64,000 nucleotides of DNA from Histomonas meleagridis 2922-C6/04-290x (taxonomy: Eukaryota; Protista; Parabasalia): assembly GCA_020184695.1 (NCBI GenBank), contig JAANOX010000224.1, positions 248,001 to 312,000 of the forward strand, written 5' to 3'. The position numbers and the translations under genes are program-made. Of this stretch, positions 32,101-44,700 are shown piece after piece. The notes under the pieces were generated by a model. The model worked only from the letters and a program-made list of their open reading frames with translations, was not told the DNA's origin and ran no database searches. Every line of letters begins with the position of its first letter. The stretch's first letter is position 1.

Positions 32101-33736
32101 AAGTGATTATTTAGCAAATGTTATAATTGGTAAATCAGTTAAAACCATAAGTATTGGTGCGTTTTCTGATTGTGGTTTATTAGATAATATAATAATTCCA
32201 GATTTAGTTACAATAATTGATCAATATTTGTTTTTTGGATGTATATCATTAAAGAATATTACAATTGGTAAATCAACTACGACAATTGGAAGATCTTCAT
32301 TTTATAAATGTAATTCATTACAAAGTATTCGAATTCCTGATAATGTTACAGTTATTGAACAAATGGCGTTTTATTATTGTACATCTTTATATGATATTAC
32401 ATTACCTCAATCACTTATATCAATTGAAAGCAGTGCATTTGATGAATGTACTTCATTACAAAGTATTACATTTCCAGATTCATTAAAAGAAATCAAAAAT
32501 GCAGCATTTGAATATTGTAAATCTTTACAAAGTATTACATTTGGTAAATCAATTATATCAATTGGAATATTTGCATTTGAATATTGTACATCATTAGAAA
32601 GTTTAACAATACCAAATTCACTTAAGTTTTTAGGTAATGCATCATTTTATAAATGTACTTCATTACAAAGTATTACAATACCTGATACAATTCAAGAATT
32701 AGGTCATTCAATATTTTCATCATGTAATAATTTACAATATTTCGATGGAAGTTATTTCACCGAAATTAAAGAAAACACATTCGAAGGAATCGGAATTTAT
32801 TTTACCCAATGTACTATAGCACATTTAGGAGAATCAGTTAAAGAAATTGGCGAAAAAGCATTTTATGAATGGTATTATTTAACAGAGATAACATATCCAA
32901 GTACAATTACAAAAATCGGATATAAAGCATTTTATTATTGTAATGCATTAAAATCATTTACATTTTCGGATGCAATTACATTTATTAATACTTCAGCATT
33001 TTATAAATGTAGTACATTAAAATATATCGATTTGAATAATGTTGAAGAAGTTGGTGAATATGCATTTTATGATTGTAACTCATTAGTAACTGTTAAATTC
33101 GGTAATGCACTTACGACAATTGATGGTTGTGCATTTCAAAGTTGTAATTATTTGGACGAAATTATTTTTGGTGATTCACTTCAAACAATTGGTGAATATG
33201 CATTTTCACACATTGGATTACGGAAATTAACAGTACCAAAATCAGTTCGCACAATTGGATATGCTGCATTTCAGTATTCAGATTTACGAGAATTAATATT
33301 TTATGATACCATAAGTTATATATCTAATTATGCATTCGAATGTTGGAATTTATATTATATATTCTATAACGGTACATATTCACCTAATTGTGATTCATAT
33401 GTATTTGATAATGTGGACGCGAAATATATTACTGTTCCCGATGATTTCGTAGGAAATTACATAAGTAATATGCTTGTAAAAAGAGTCAGCGAAAAGGAAT
33501 CATCAAACGCTGGTGTGGTGATAGGTGTAACGCTGGCGTGCGTCATAGTGGTTATAGTGGGCGTCGTTTTGACGGTGTACTTCATCATGAAGAGAAGAAA
33601 CGAAAAGGAAATCTACGAAGGACTCAATAGCGCTACCGAGCCGCAGGTAGCAGAAACATTCTCGAATGTGACATACCAATACACACATCCATATCAGGAA
33701 TATGAAGTGTCACAAAATCCTTATCAAGGATACTGA
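29114..33736 (+). CDS. Large BspA-like LRR surface protein (1540 aa) with TM and Tyr-rich cytoplasmic tail
   Basis: Dozens of IPxSVxxIGxYAFxxC repeats; three bacterial-type VSxxNxxY..DGxLYD inserts; TM VVIGVTLACVIVVIVGVVLTVYFIM. Confidence 0.93.
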   Translation: MLLFVLFVKANSIALSRATKEICYSVSKGQTISRTDFDTLGYNCISLEKDIQSIDSDAFYEWSSLEIFRVEGSITSIGNRAFYECISLEEFTIPESVTSIGEYAFYGCLSLQSITIPNSITSIPNSAFSKSGLSSIEILGPLATIGDSAFSYTSLVNIEIPKTLTKIGSSAFASTLLNTITIPQGISSLESYTFYNCTNLNNITIPKSVVSLGDSVFERCLALNDLTFSTTITMIGVSAFSNCIQLTDITLPNSVRSLGAQIFSHCERLVSITFGNSLTGIPDSAFEGCIRLKKVNVTEPITSIGNKAFYGCKRITTIIIGKTVSEIHEQVFVGCNNLESIKVSEGNKYFRNRENGIILYDYNYREMIHVPATATAINIANTLQTIKSYAFSNSKIRYVDLPDSLITIEPYAFSHCSSLYLVNYGNSIETIGDNAFEYCGSLESIKIPKTIKTIGNNVFKCCYILKNIVVSSENKYYANYVGDGVLYDYEINKIISFPLAKGTYYTVPNPVTIVESRAFSCCSKLKTIYFSNSIKQIGEYAFYNCTALTYVTLPDSITEVSPYAFANCTRMYTLTISNSVKTISEYAFCNSTFLTSLIIPNSVEVISDYAFFNCHDIKDIIIGDSVTKIGDYSFYNCYAIDNITIGKSVTEIGSNAFKYCTKIKEIILPDNVKTIGDDAFCYCSRLKSITMGNLVETIGDYAFYECEMGAIKLSNNLKTIGAYVFYKCIYLSTIVIPDNVITIGNYAFSYCNGLTQVTIGKSVTTIGDYAFSECYKLKKIVISDSVQTIGNYAFANAFAKSNQLQSVTLGNSITDLGNYTFYNCIELNNIILPNSLTTIGVRTFYFCFKLTQITIPQTITTIMNYAFYKCTGLTTITLPNSLTLIGEYAFSGTSFTTIYIPESVIMIGCSAFSACSNLLSINVSPNNTHYTNYKDDGILYDINIKEILCYPSAKTGSYIIPETITKIGSRAFYQCKLTSVLIGNLVETIGISAFDSSDYLANVIIGKSVKTISIGAFSDCGLLDNIIIPDLVTIIDQYLFFGCISLKNITIGKSTTTIGRSSFYKCNSLQSIRIPDNVTVIEQMAFYYCTSLYDITLPQSLISIESSAFDECTSLQSITFPDSLKEIKNAAFEYCKSLQSITFGKSIISIGIFAFEYCTSLESLTIPNSLKFLGNASFYKCTSLQSITIPDTIQELGHSIFSSCNNLQYFDGSYFTEIKENTFEGIGIYFTQCTIAHLGESVKEIGEKAFYEWYYLTEITYPSTITKIGYKAFYYCNALKSFTFSDAITFINTSAFYKCSTLKYIDLNNVEEVGEYAFYDCNSLVTVKFGNALTTIDGCAFQSCNYLDEIIFGDSLQTIGEYAFSHIGLRKLTVPKSVRTIGYAAFQYSDLRELIFYDTISYISNYAFECWNLYYIFYNGTYSPNCDSYVFDNVDAKYITVPDDFVGNYISNMLVKRVSEKESSNAGVVIGVTLACVIVVIVGVVLTVYFIMKRRNEKEIYEGLNSATEPQVAETFSNVTYQYTHPYQEYEVSQNPYQGY

Positions 33737-34472
33737 TAAATAAATAAATAATTCATTTGATGGTAAATATTTTCGAATGATTGTGCATCTATAGCTATAG
33801 TTAGAGACAACTGATTTGCAGTATATTCAGTTGGTATCAATTTATGATAAGGAAAACTACAGTACAATTTGTTTGAGATTTTTCTAAGAATTTTTGGAAT
33901 AAATACAGCAATTAGTTATATATATATAAAGAAATAAATGGCAAAACGAATCAGTAGCAATTAATTCAAATCGATGGTATCTTTTTGCAACAAAAGTAAA
34001 AGATGAATATATAATTTTATCTTTTTCTCTTAAAGGTGTCACGAAAATTTTATGAAATGATTCATATTTTCAAAAAATAAATCAATAAATAAAACATTTG
34101 AAATTCTCTTTGATAAAATTTTGAATTTCTCTTTTTCACATGTAATCCCAAAAAAACTTTTTTAAATATACTGAATAAGTCAAGTTAATAAAGGGAAATT
34201 CACCCAAATAAAAAACTTTATAAAGGACTTCTTCTTCTTTTATATTTAAAATGAACAAAACATTATTATCACCTTCTTGTAGCAACATGCTCTAAAAATT
34301 TTATGATCCTAACTATGAAAGAGAAGTTAACATTTGCAATAACCAAAAGTATTGGTAAATGAATAAAATACATTTGGTTTTAATATTGAAAAAAAATTGA
34401 TTTATTTTCAACTTAAAACAATAATTAAATATACATAAATTTTATTTAAAAAACGCACCAAATTTTTTGAAT

Positions 34473-35459
34473 TTATATGTTAAACTTAATGAAAGACTCT
34501 ACAGCTAAATGATCAGACAGTCTGTTGTATGGCTTCCCTTCAACTTGAAACTTTTCCACCCGAGATGAAAAATTCAGAACAGAATGATCGTTCTTATGCT
34601 GGAACAAAAATACATAGTCTAAGCATTTTGCATCTGCTTTTTCAGCATCAGTAAGTTTTGATGATGTCACAGGATGAGTTCCTTGCGTTATGTATAGTGT
34701 GTCATATATGTCATATTCTTCATCAAAATTAAGTAAATTCATTAACCGATAATATTCTCTTTCATTATCTATTGAATCTGTATTCATGTCACCAAGTAAA
34801 AAGATTGGTGAATTGTCTTTATGTTTAGTCATAAGATCAGTGATTTGTGTAATTTGACTTGCTCTAACACTTCTATCCTCATTTGTACCATAACCATATG
34901 AAGCTTGTAAGTGAGTTGAAAGTACGTGAATTGATTTGTTCTTAGATATTTGAATTTTTACATAAATCACACCTTTTGCAGAAAATTGATCAGAATGAGT
35001 TCCTTGTGAATAAATCGTACTATCAATATCTATAATTGGATACTTTGACACTATTAAAGGACCACCGTCAATGAAAAATCTAGAGAAAAAATTATATTTA
35101 TGAAGTGTTGCTGAATGATTGAACCCATATTTCTTTAAATCAACAAGAAAGTTTTTAACAATTGAAGAACCAAAATGAAAAGCTTCATTTAAACAAACAA
35201 TATCATATTTGGATATTACTTTAGCAATTTCTACAGCTCGTTCTTCTAAATATTGTTCCTTTCCAACATGTAATAATTTTGGCAACAAGTATATATTATA
35301 TTGCAAAAAATTAATTTCATTTTTAGAGTCAATATAAATATTTATTGTATCATTGATTGGAATAATATGTTCGTTAAAAGTAACAAAATATGTAATTTTG
35401 ATGCTGAATAAAACAATTGCAACAATAAGAAGTAAAGATTGAAGTATTGTTACCAGCAT
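34473..35459 (-). CDS. Endonuclease/exonuclease/phosphatase-fold enzyme, neutral sphingomyelinase-like
   Basis: YNIYLL, CLNEAF, AKGV, STHLQA, LLGDMN, CLDYV, LSDH motifs; N-terminal hydrophobic anchor. Confidence 0.85.
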   Translation of the reverse strand: MLVTILQSLLLIVAIVLFSIKITYFVTFNEHIIPINDTINIYIDSKNEINFLQYNIYLLPKLLHVGKEQYLEERAVEIAKVISKYDIVCLNEAFHFGSSIVKNFLVDLKKYGFNHSATLHKYNFFSRFFIDGGPLIVSKYPIIDIDSTIYSQGTHSDQFSAKGVIYVKIQISKNKSIHVLSTHLQASYGYGTNEDRSVRASQITQITDLMTKHKDNSPIFLLGDMNTDSIDNEREYYRLMNLLNFDEEYDIYDTLYITQGTHPVTSSKLTDAEKADAKCLDYVFLFQHKNDHSVLNFSSRVEKFQVEGKPYNRLSDHLAVESFIKFNI

Positions 35460-35792
35460 AAATCTGTTTTAGGAAGGTACAAAATTGATATAATTATTTC
35501 AAAAAAAATAATGTTGGCTATTGTGTTTGAAAAGAAAATGAGGGTTTTATTAGTTCAAATTTGAATACAGAAAATGTTAAAAAGCCAAGAAATTGAGAGA
35601 AGGTTGAGCCATTTGAGTGAAACCGTCCAAATGAAACCGCAAATTCACACAATGATATCATTCAAACGCGTGACGCAAAAAAAAAAACAATAGTTATTCA
35701 ATTTTATTCAAAAAAAATGTCAAATGTTATTCAATTTTATCAAATAAAACGATAGATTGCAACTGCAAAAAGTGCTACTCAGATTGTTTTAT

Positions 35793-38700
35793 TCAATCAG
35801 CCTCGAGTAAAATTGCAACTCCTCTTTTTACCCAATGGCTTGGTGATCCTAAGTTAGGGTTAATCTTTAAATTAAAGTCAGATACATAAGTTGGACCTCT
35901 TTCTTTTGTGACATACACAGGACATTCATAATAAACTGCTTGTCTACCTGCTTGTGGCTTATCGATATATACAGCCTTTACATATATAACAGGCAATTGT
36001 GGGTATAGTTCTTTAAGATTTGCCTCATTTAGAGAATTCATCTTTGAATCCCATCTTGCTCCTTCAAGGAATAATCCATGAATATATGCGCCATCACGTG
36101 GTGGAGCATCGATTTCATTTTCCATTTTCTTCGTTACTTCGACGGTTAATATTGTTTGATCTAATGGCCATCCATTTTTACGAGCTGCAGATTGTGCAAC
36201 TGCAGTAAGGAACGAAGAGGGGTTGAATAAGCCCGGAAGCCAAACTGAATTAGGTAGTATTAATTCAGATGACCAATCTGTTAATTGCTTATGTCGATCA
36301 AGTAAATTCTTCCACCAAGGAAGAAGTGGCTTCAGAGAGTGATAAGCAAGTTTTTCCCAAGATTTAGGAACTTGATTCTTATAAATGGAAATCATTAATT
36401 CATCCATTGCTTCAGATATTGTTAATTCACCTGCTAAACCCATATCAAGTTCAACAAGAGATCTTTTAATTTCAGCAATTAATACATTCATTCTTTCACA
36501 TTCTTGTAAACAAATTGAAACATAAGGCTCATGTTTTTCAATTCTATTATAAAGTTCAGTAATATTAAAAGGCATAGGGATACTTGTCATTATTTCATCA
36601 AGTGTCTTTTTAACACTTTTCTCCATAGAAGAATCGCCTTCATCAGATCCTATCGCTCTCGGTTGGATGTTCAGTAAAGTATTGAAAATAAATTCTGTTT
36701 GAGTCGTTAACGATCCGATTTCAGCGTTTGGATGTAAACCAAACAAATATGGGGACTCGTCAGGAAATTCTCTTTGAGCGTATTCCTTATATTCTTCCAT
36801 AGTAGATAATCCGGTAGGTGAGTTAAAGCCAGGCACAAGTTCACCACCTTCGAAATCTTCTTTATCAAAAGATTCCAAATAAGTTCTACATAATCTTCTA
36901 TCTCTATCGTCAGAAATATGACCACCATACATAATCTCACCAATCAAATAACGTAAAGGCACCCAAGGTATAGGTTGAGCCTGATCCAAACTATCGAATA
37001 ATAATTCCGCACAAATTGTTAAATCAGAAGGGTTAAAGTTATAAACTCTATTAAATCCTTGCGGTCCGAATTTTCTTCTTTCTACCATAATTGCATGGAA
37101 CACACATAAGTGGAACAATAATGCCTTATATTCTCTATCCTTTTGACATTGTTCCATGTTATCATCGTTAAACAAAGCCAAAGCTCTCATCAAGTTTGCC
37201 TTCATACCTCTAGCGGGTTCATTTGTCACCTTAATTGAGTTCTGTAATATTCCTGGTGGTATATCATCACTTGGTTCAGCCGTAAAGAATATTCTAAACT
37301 TTTCATTAATGTCATTATTCAATCGGATTTTTTCGATATGTTTTTCTAAGTCTTGTAACCATTTACCCATCAAATGTAAGTTTTGTATTATTACCCATGA
37401 ACCTTCTACAGAAGCCTTTGTTAAACTATTTAATGCATTTTCTTCTTGACCTTGTCCTAATGATATATTATATAAATTATTATTATTCTCAGTGAAACCT
37501 AATTTCTCTCCAAGGATTTCAATGTTTTTAACAGGGTCTATACCTGGTGAAAGGATAAAGAATATTGATATATATGGAGTAGATTCATTATAAGTTTGTT
37601 GTAAAGTAAACACTACATCTTCAGTATATTTCTCACCTATTTGATTCGATATAAATTGTGTTAATGCATTGACCATTCGATCTGGTCGTAATGCTCGAAT
37701 CACTAATAACTTTTGGAAATCATTTTTGTTCTTATAATCAAGTGGTAACTTTTCATTTTCTGGTGTTTCTAAATCACACCATTTTTGCCATGGCTTCGGT
37801 CGTGTCATTATATCTTGTGGTAAAGTTTGGAATGATTGTAATGAACTTAAACCTACAACTGCACCCCAACAAGAATCAGATAACCAATCAGTGATAGGAT
37901 TTGCAATTGACATTGAACGTGGACATCTTAAAAGATGTAAAAACTCATCCATTTTAATCGTTTGTAATTGTTTATCAGCTAATAATATCCTAAAACATAA
38001 TAAAGTAGTAAATATGATTTGATGACGTTGGAATAATCCTCTCATAGCCCATCTAAATGTTTTAAATGTTATCGAATCAATTAATGAGTTTTCTCTTGCG
38101 ATAGGATTTGTAGAATTTTCTGCTTCATCCATAGCTTTAATGAATACATCAATAAATGAACTTAATGAGAATTGATACATATGATCAATCTTAGCTAAAT
38201 CAACTAATATGAAATATAATAAAGCAGCTCTACCTGCAATTCTTCGATATGCTTCACGATGTATAGAGATTTCTTCAGTAGTTTCTAGTGCTTTCTTAAC
38301 TCTTTCATTAAGTTCTGCTGACATTTCTTTCGATTTATCTAATGTATTCATTAATTCTACATCTTCAATTAAATTAATACCTGGTGAAGATAATCTTTCT
38401 AATAAATTATCTTCAAGTTGTTTCATGGTGATTTTATCAGTATTCATTTGTGTGATTAATTTAGCTTTTTCTTCTTCTAAACCAGGTTTTTCATGTTGAA
38501 CTACATTACTTAAAAGTTGTTCTTCTAAACCATCTAATGTTACAGTAAAGTTAATTATAGTTGTTTGAGCTTGAATTTCAGGTTTGAAATGAGGATTCGC
38601 AATTTTTGTTTGTAAATATAATTTAAATTTATCATTAAATTCTATTTCTCTATCACCAATTTGTATTAAGTTTCTTCGACCACGTTTTATTATATTTCTA

Positions 38701-41700
38701 GCTAATAAAGGTTCTATTATTGGATCGAAAGTTTCTTCAACATTTTCAATTAATATTGATTCACCATTTTCAACTGCTATAGATATTAAATTAATGAAAT
38801 TATCTTGGCCAAATCTTAATACCTTTAAATTATTATTTTCTTGATTCTTTCTAATCCATTTAATACCTTGGAATTGTGGATCTATAAATAATGGCCATCT
38901 TTGACATGAATATGTAATTGCTGCATTTTCGATTGATACTCGATCAATAGGTAAACCTTCATTATTCCATTGAGCTATTAAAGCTTGATGTGTAATTACG
39001 TCTAAAGGATCTTTTTGTAACTTAATATTCCGTTCTAATAAGAATGGCCTCCAGATATCATTTAATAATCGTTCTCGATAAGAACGTGTAAAAGGTCCAC
39101 TATAAGATATAAATGCAGCTGCTAATAATACATCTCCGACAATTGAAGTTTGTTCATTTTGATATTCAACAATTCGAGTTTTCCATCGTTCTCCTTCATC
39201 ACCTAAACCTGCAACAAGATCTGTAGCTTTATTAATTTTATCAGACATTTCTTGTGCTTCTAATTGTGCTTTATTCTTTTCTTCTTGTAATTCTTCTAAT
39301 TGATCCTTTAATTTTTGTAATTGATCTTCTAAAGATTTAGCTTTAGCTTGTACTTTCTTTAATTTCTCTTCACTTTCTTGTAATAATTCTTCGGCTTCTT
39401 TAGCTGCACGTTCTTTAGGTATAATATTTTGTATAACTGTATGATATGTTAATATATTATTTAACCATGTAAAGATATTAGCACAAGCAGAAGAAGCTTT
39501 ACTTACATCTGCTTCTTTAAAGTTAAACTTTGCAACTTTTTGTTTCGTTAATTGCATAATATCATTATTCCAATTCTCATGTAAATGATGTAATTTGTTA
39601 ATGAAATTACCAGTATTACCCATTAATTTCTTTGCTGCTTTCCATGATAAATCTCGTGCAGGTCGTCCATTCTCACTTAATATTAAGACAACTGCTTGCA
39701 TTACAGGTTCTACAAGTTTAGGAGGTGTAGTAAATGATGATAATTCAGTCATTGATTTCTTATCAATACAATCAATAGCTTCTAAAGCTTGTGCTTTTAA
39801 TGGTTGCGCTTTCTTAAGTTCTTCAGTAGCTATAGATTGTTTTTCTTCTGCTTCTTGTTTAATTTTAGCTGTCTTTTGTTCTTCTCTTTGTACAATTTCT
39901 GATTCTTTCTTTACAATTGTAGCATCTTGAGAAATACGATCTATTAAATTAGCACATTCTTGTTGTTTTTCGGCAACTATTTTCGTTTGTTTTTCAAGTT
40001 TCTTTTTCATTTCTTCGACATCTTTAGAACTATCTTGTAACATTTTTAATCCTTTAGTAAAATGTTGAGTATTATTAACTAACATATTTCTTGTATTATT
40101 TAACATTGTCTTAAATAAAGATATCATTTCTAAATATGATTTAGGTGTAGCATAATTATATCTTCTATCAGTTTCTAAATATTCAGTAGATAATTGAATA
40201 ACTTTAGAATGTGTATTAGCTATAAATTCGATAATAGTTTCAGGATCATTATTATCTAAATTAACATCACTTAAGAAACTTTTAGCAACAGAATATAATG
40301 CATCATAAGGCCATGAATGGAACCAATCGATAATCATATTATTAATTAATGCAGGGAATCGACGTGATCTAATTCTAAATATATCACCTGAAGGAGATTG
40401 ACAAAACACAATACGTAAATGTTTATGTACTCTTTCAGTAAAGAATTTCCAAGCTTCTTCAGGTGTAAATGATATACGTAATACACTCATATCACCTTTA
40501 ATTTGAGAATATATAATTTCTTTATCTTCTTGTGTAAATATATCAGGTAAAACACCAGTTGATAAGAAATCAGATATTGGAATTAAGAATTGTTCATCTA
40601 TAATTTGTGTATCTGTTAATAAGAAAACAGTATTTTGTTTTTTACCTCCAGCATTAGTAAATAATTTAACTAAATCAGTATTAAATTCATTAATTCCATA
40701 ATTATTAGTTAAGTTAATTTGGAATACATTATAATTACATAAATATGATGCTAATTTAACTAAACTTTGTTTACCTGAACCTCCTAAACCTACTAATAAC
40801 ATATTACCTCTAGGTGATGTAATACCTCTAGAAATCCTTAAAATATGTTCAATAGCATCTTTAAATAATACTAAATTCATTACTGGATGATTTTCATTAT
40901 ATTCAACTAATTTCTCATTAATAACTTTAGTAGTTAATTCATTACTAATCATTGGTGCATAATTACCTTCATCAAATTGTGAATCATCACCATCAGGTGG
41001 AAATGCACAAAACATCATTTCATCTCTAATAATTTGTGGATCTAATGCACCTTCGAAATATTTAATTGATGAAGTTATACAAATATCTTTAGCTTTTTGA
41101 TAATCATTTAAATCGATTAAACGATCTGCATAAACACGTATCGATTCTGTTACACAAAGTCGTGTAATATGTTCAACAGTTTTTACATGTGTAGGTAAAG
41201 ATCGAAGTAATCCTTGTAATACTTGACAAATATCTCTTAAGTTAAAATTATAATGGAATTTAATAGCTGTAGGTATAAAAGTTTTTGTGATTTCTTTATG
41301 TATAGATAATATATTATCAATAATTTTCTTTTGATAATTTTTAACTACTTGTGAGAAATTATAATTTTCAAAATGTCCATTTAATATCTCTGTTAAAATA
41401 GTTTTCACTGAAGAATCTGAAGGTATACCTAAAGCAAATGTAGAGAAATGTCGTTGGAAACGAGGATTAACAGTAAATGAACCTACTGTAGGATTCATAC
41501 AAGTAATATAATTAATATTTTTCACATCTTTTAATGTCATGTTTTGTCGATCATACCAATGTTGATAATCTAAATGTTGTCTAAGTAATGTCATTGGACT
41601 TTGTGTACCATAAAGATCAATTTCAGGCATATTTAAATCATCTATGAAATAAATACATCTTTTTTGTGCTGGTGGTGCATATAATTTCCCTGATTTCATT

Positions 41701-44700
41701 TCAATACCTGATTCTAAAAATTGTTGTAATGTTAACGAATTAGTATAATAATTAAAGTTCATAGCTTTATATATATATTCATTTTCATTTAAGTTTTCTA
41801 ATAAATTTCGTATTAATACTGATTTACCTGTACCTGATAAACCTGTTAACATTATTGGATAATTATTTTCAATTAATTTATTAACTAAATAATGAACTCG
41901 TGTAGTTTCTGGTATAAATACTAAATAAGAAGATACATTTTTATCTGGAACATAATTAAATTTGGGGCTAATTTCATTCCAAGGTACAAATTTCTTCTTT
42001 TCTGGATTAACATAATAATCAAATACTGTACCTTGTTGAGGAAATGTAATATTTCTCCATTCTGATTTCCACATTTGACTAAACTCAGAACGATAATCAC
42101 GTCCTTGATCATCACAAGCTCCACCGAAAGCCCAAACAGCAGCGAATACAAAATATAATTCATATAAAGAAGCTTCAGCATTTTGTGGTAAGTTTTCTTC
42201 AATTAATAAACTTTCTAATAATCTACATAATGTTTCTACCATTGCTATATCACTTAAAGGGATAATATGTTTAATATTTGTATGAATTAATTCTAATGTA
42301 CGAGGTACATAACTATTAAACAAAACAGTTAATTGACTTTTTTCATTACCATTCGTTCTTTTATCTAACCATGAATAAACATAAGCCATATAACCTACAT
42401 CAGTTTCATTAATATATAAAATACCTGCACGTGATACAGTAGCAGGTGTAGCATATTTTAAATGTGATATTTCGAATATTAATCGCATATATTTTGTTAA
42501 TGGAATTCTTTCATTTGAAGCTAATGTTAAAACTTTATTATCATCCATAACAGTATTTAAGGATTCAATCCAATTAGGATCAATATCTCCATCTAATATT
42601 ATCCATTTAGGATTATCATTATTTAATTTAGATAAGTTTCGCATTATAGATGAAAATAACCCATCTTGCCATTCTCGTGTAGATTGATTTAAGAATCCAA
42701 AAAGTTCATTATTAGTAACAGCTTTTGGATTTAAATCAATATAATTACAAGGTGTACCATTCTTATTATAAGCTCTACATAAAGATCTCCAAACTTCTGT
42801 TTTACCAGTACCTGCATTACCTATAATGAATACAGAATGTCGAACATTTAATAATTCTTCTAATTCGACAACTTTCCGAATAAATTGATCTTCTGCTTGG
42901 AATTTAGCTTCTAAGACACATTGTTTAATAGTTTCTTCCCATTTAAGATTACGTTTACGTGGGACATCAATTGAAGGGAATAAATCATTAATTAAACCTA
43001 AAAAGACAGGTATATCAGTTGAAATAATTTTCGGTAAATTAAAATCACGTAAAGCTCTCATTAAAACTGCTTCTTCAGACATATTAGGATCTGCAGATCT
43101 TAAAGAACCTGCTACGACTAAAACGGATTTAACTGCTCTTAAACCCCAATCATAATGTTGTTGTTTCGATAATAATTGTTCACAACGACTATAAAGTGTA
43201 GTAAATTTCTTTGTTAATAAAGAAGCTGTTTTAAATCCACTTGCCATTAACATAATTTCACAAATGATTTGGAAATCTGGTACACACATAGATACTGATC
43301 TAAATAAAGCCTTAATATTTTCGGGTAATTCAGTACGTCCTGCATAACCAGGATTCATTGTAATAAAGATACCACAAGTCGGTTGAAGTTTTATAGTTTC
43401 TTCACCACAAAACTTAAATTCTGTTAAATTAGCTCGACGTGCATCTAATATTGATTTAACTTGATTAGATACAACAGATAATACTCGTGCTGCTATACGA
43501 TTAAATTCATCAAAACATCCCCATGCACCTGATTGTGATAACCCTTTAAATGTAGCTGCTAATGATTTATGATCCATTTGTTCTGAACAATTAAAGACAA
43601 AACAAATTTGACCAAAAGCACGTGCTAAATCTTTAACTGTTTCAGTCTTACCTGTACCTGCTGGACCTGCAGGTGCACCACCCATTATCCGATGTAATGA
43701 TTGTGTTAATGTAATATAACAACGATCTGTTAATGGAGTTACTACTAAACGTGTAGGTGAACCTAAATATTCATATTGATATCGAAATTCAGCATCAATA
43801 ATATTAATAAAACAATCATATTCTGAGTTTCGCCATGAAAATCGTAATTGTGATTGCCATTCAAAACATTCATGAGTTTCTTCATGATTATGAACTAAAC
43901 GTGATACTACATCTCGATTATGTGCATCATTTTGACATATGACAGTAACTTTTTGTCGATTTAATGGACTTAAATTTTCCCCACGAATCATTTCAATTAA
44001 ATCTTCAAGTTGATGATTTTGTTTAACATTATAATCTTTCATTGCATTTTCAATACCTTCTTCAAGTTGTTTAAACGCAGTATTAACTTCTTTATTCCAT
44101 TGTATAGAGACTGCTGTTAAACCAACTTGAGCAATATTTTCTATAATCCATTTAGGTCGTTGAGAAGTTTCATAAGCAGAAGAAATTGCTTCTGCTAATT
44201 TATTCCTTAATGTATGTTTAGAAGTATCTAAAAGTTTTTGTATCCAGACTTCAACTTGACCATTTAATTCTAATTCTTCTTCAAAATTAACTACTTCTCC
44301 TTCACTAGATATCATTGCATTACATGTCTTAGGTCCAGTCCAATTAACTTTTACTAAATTATCAAATACTTTACTAAAATGTTGTTCAATATCTTTTGGA
44401 TTTCGACCTTTAGATAATATATCTAAAAGATCATTAGAAGATACAAAATAAAATCGTGGAAATGCTTTTCTTTTAGTTTCTAAATATTCATATAACGATT
44501 TTTCAACAATATTTAATTCTCGAAGTTGAGTTTCTAAGAATTTTTGTATATTCGGTTGATTACAAGTTTCAATTACACTTTTATTTTCTTCTTGTTTTTT
44601 AATGAATTCATTCATTTGTTTATCGATGTTTTCATAAGATTCGGATTGTTTAGGTAATTGTTTTCGAATATCTTCTGAACCTATAAAAATAGGTCTTAAA

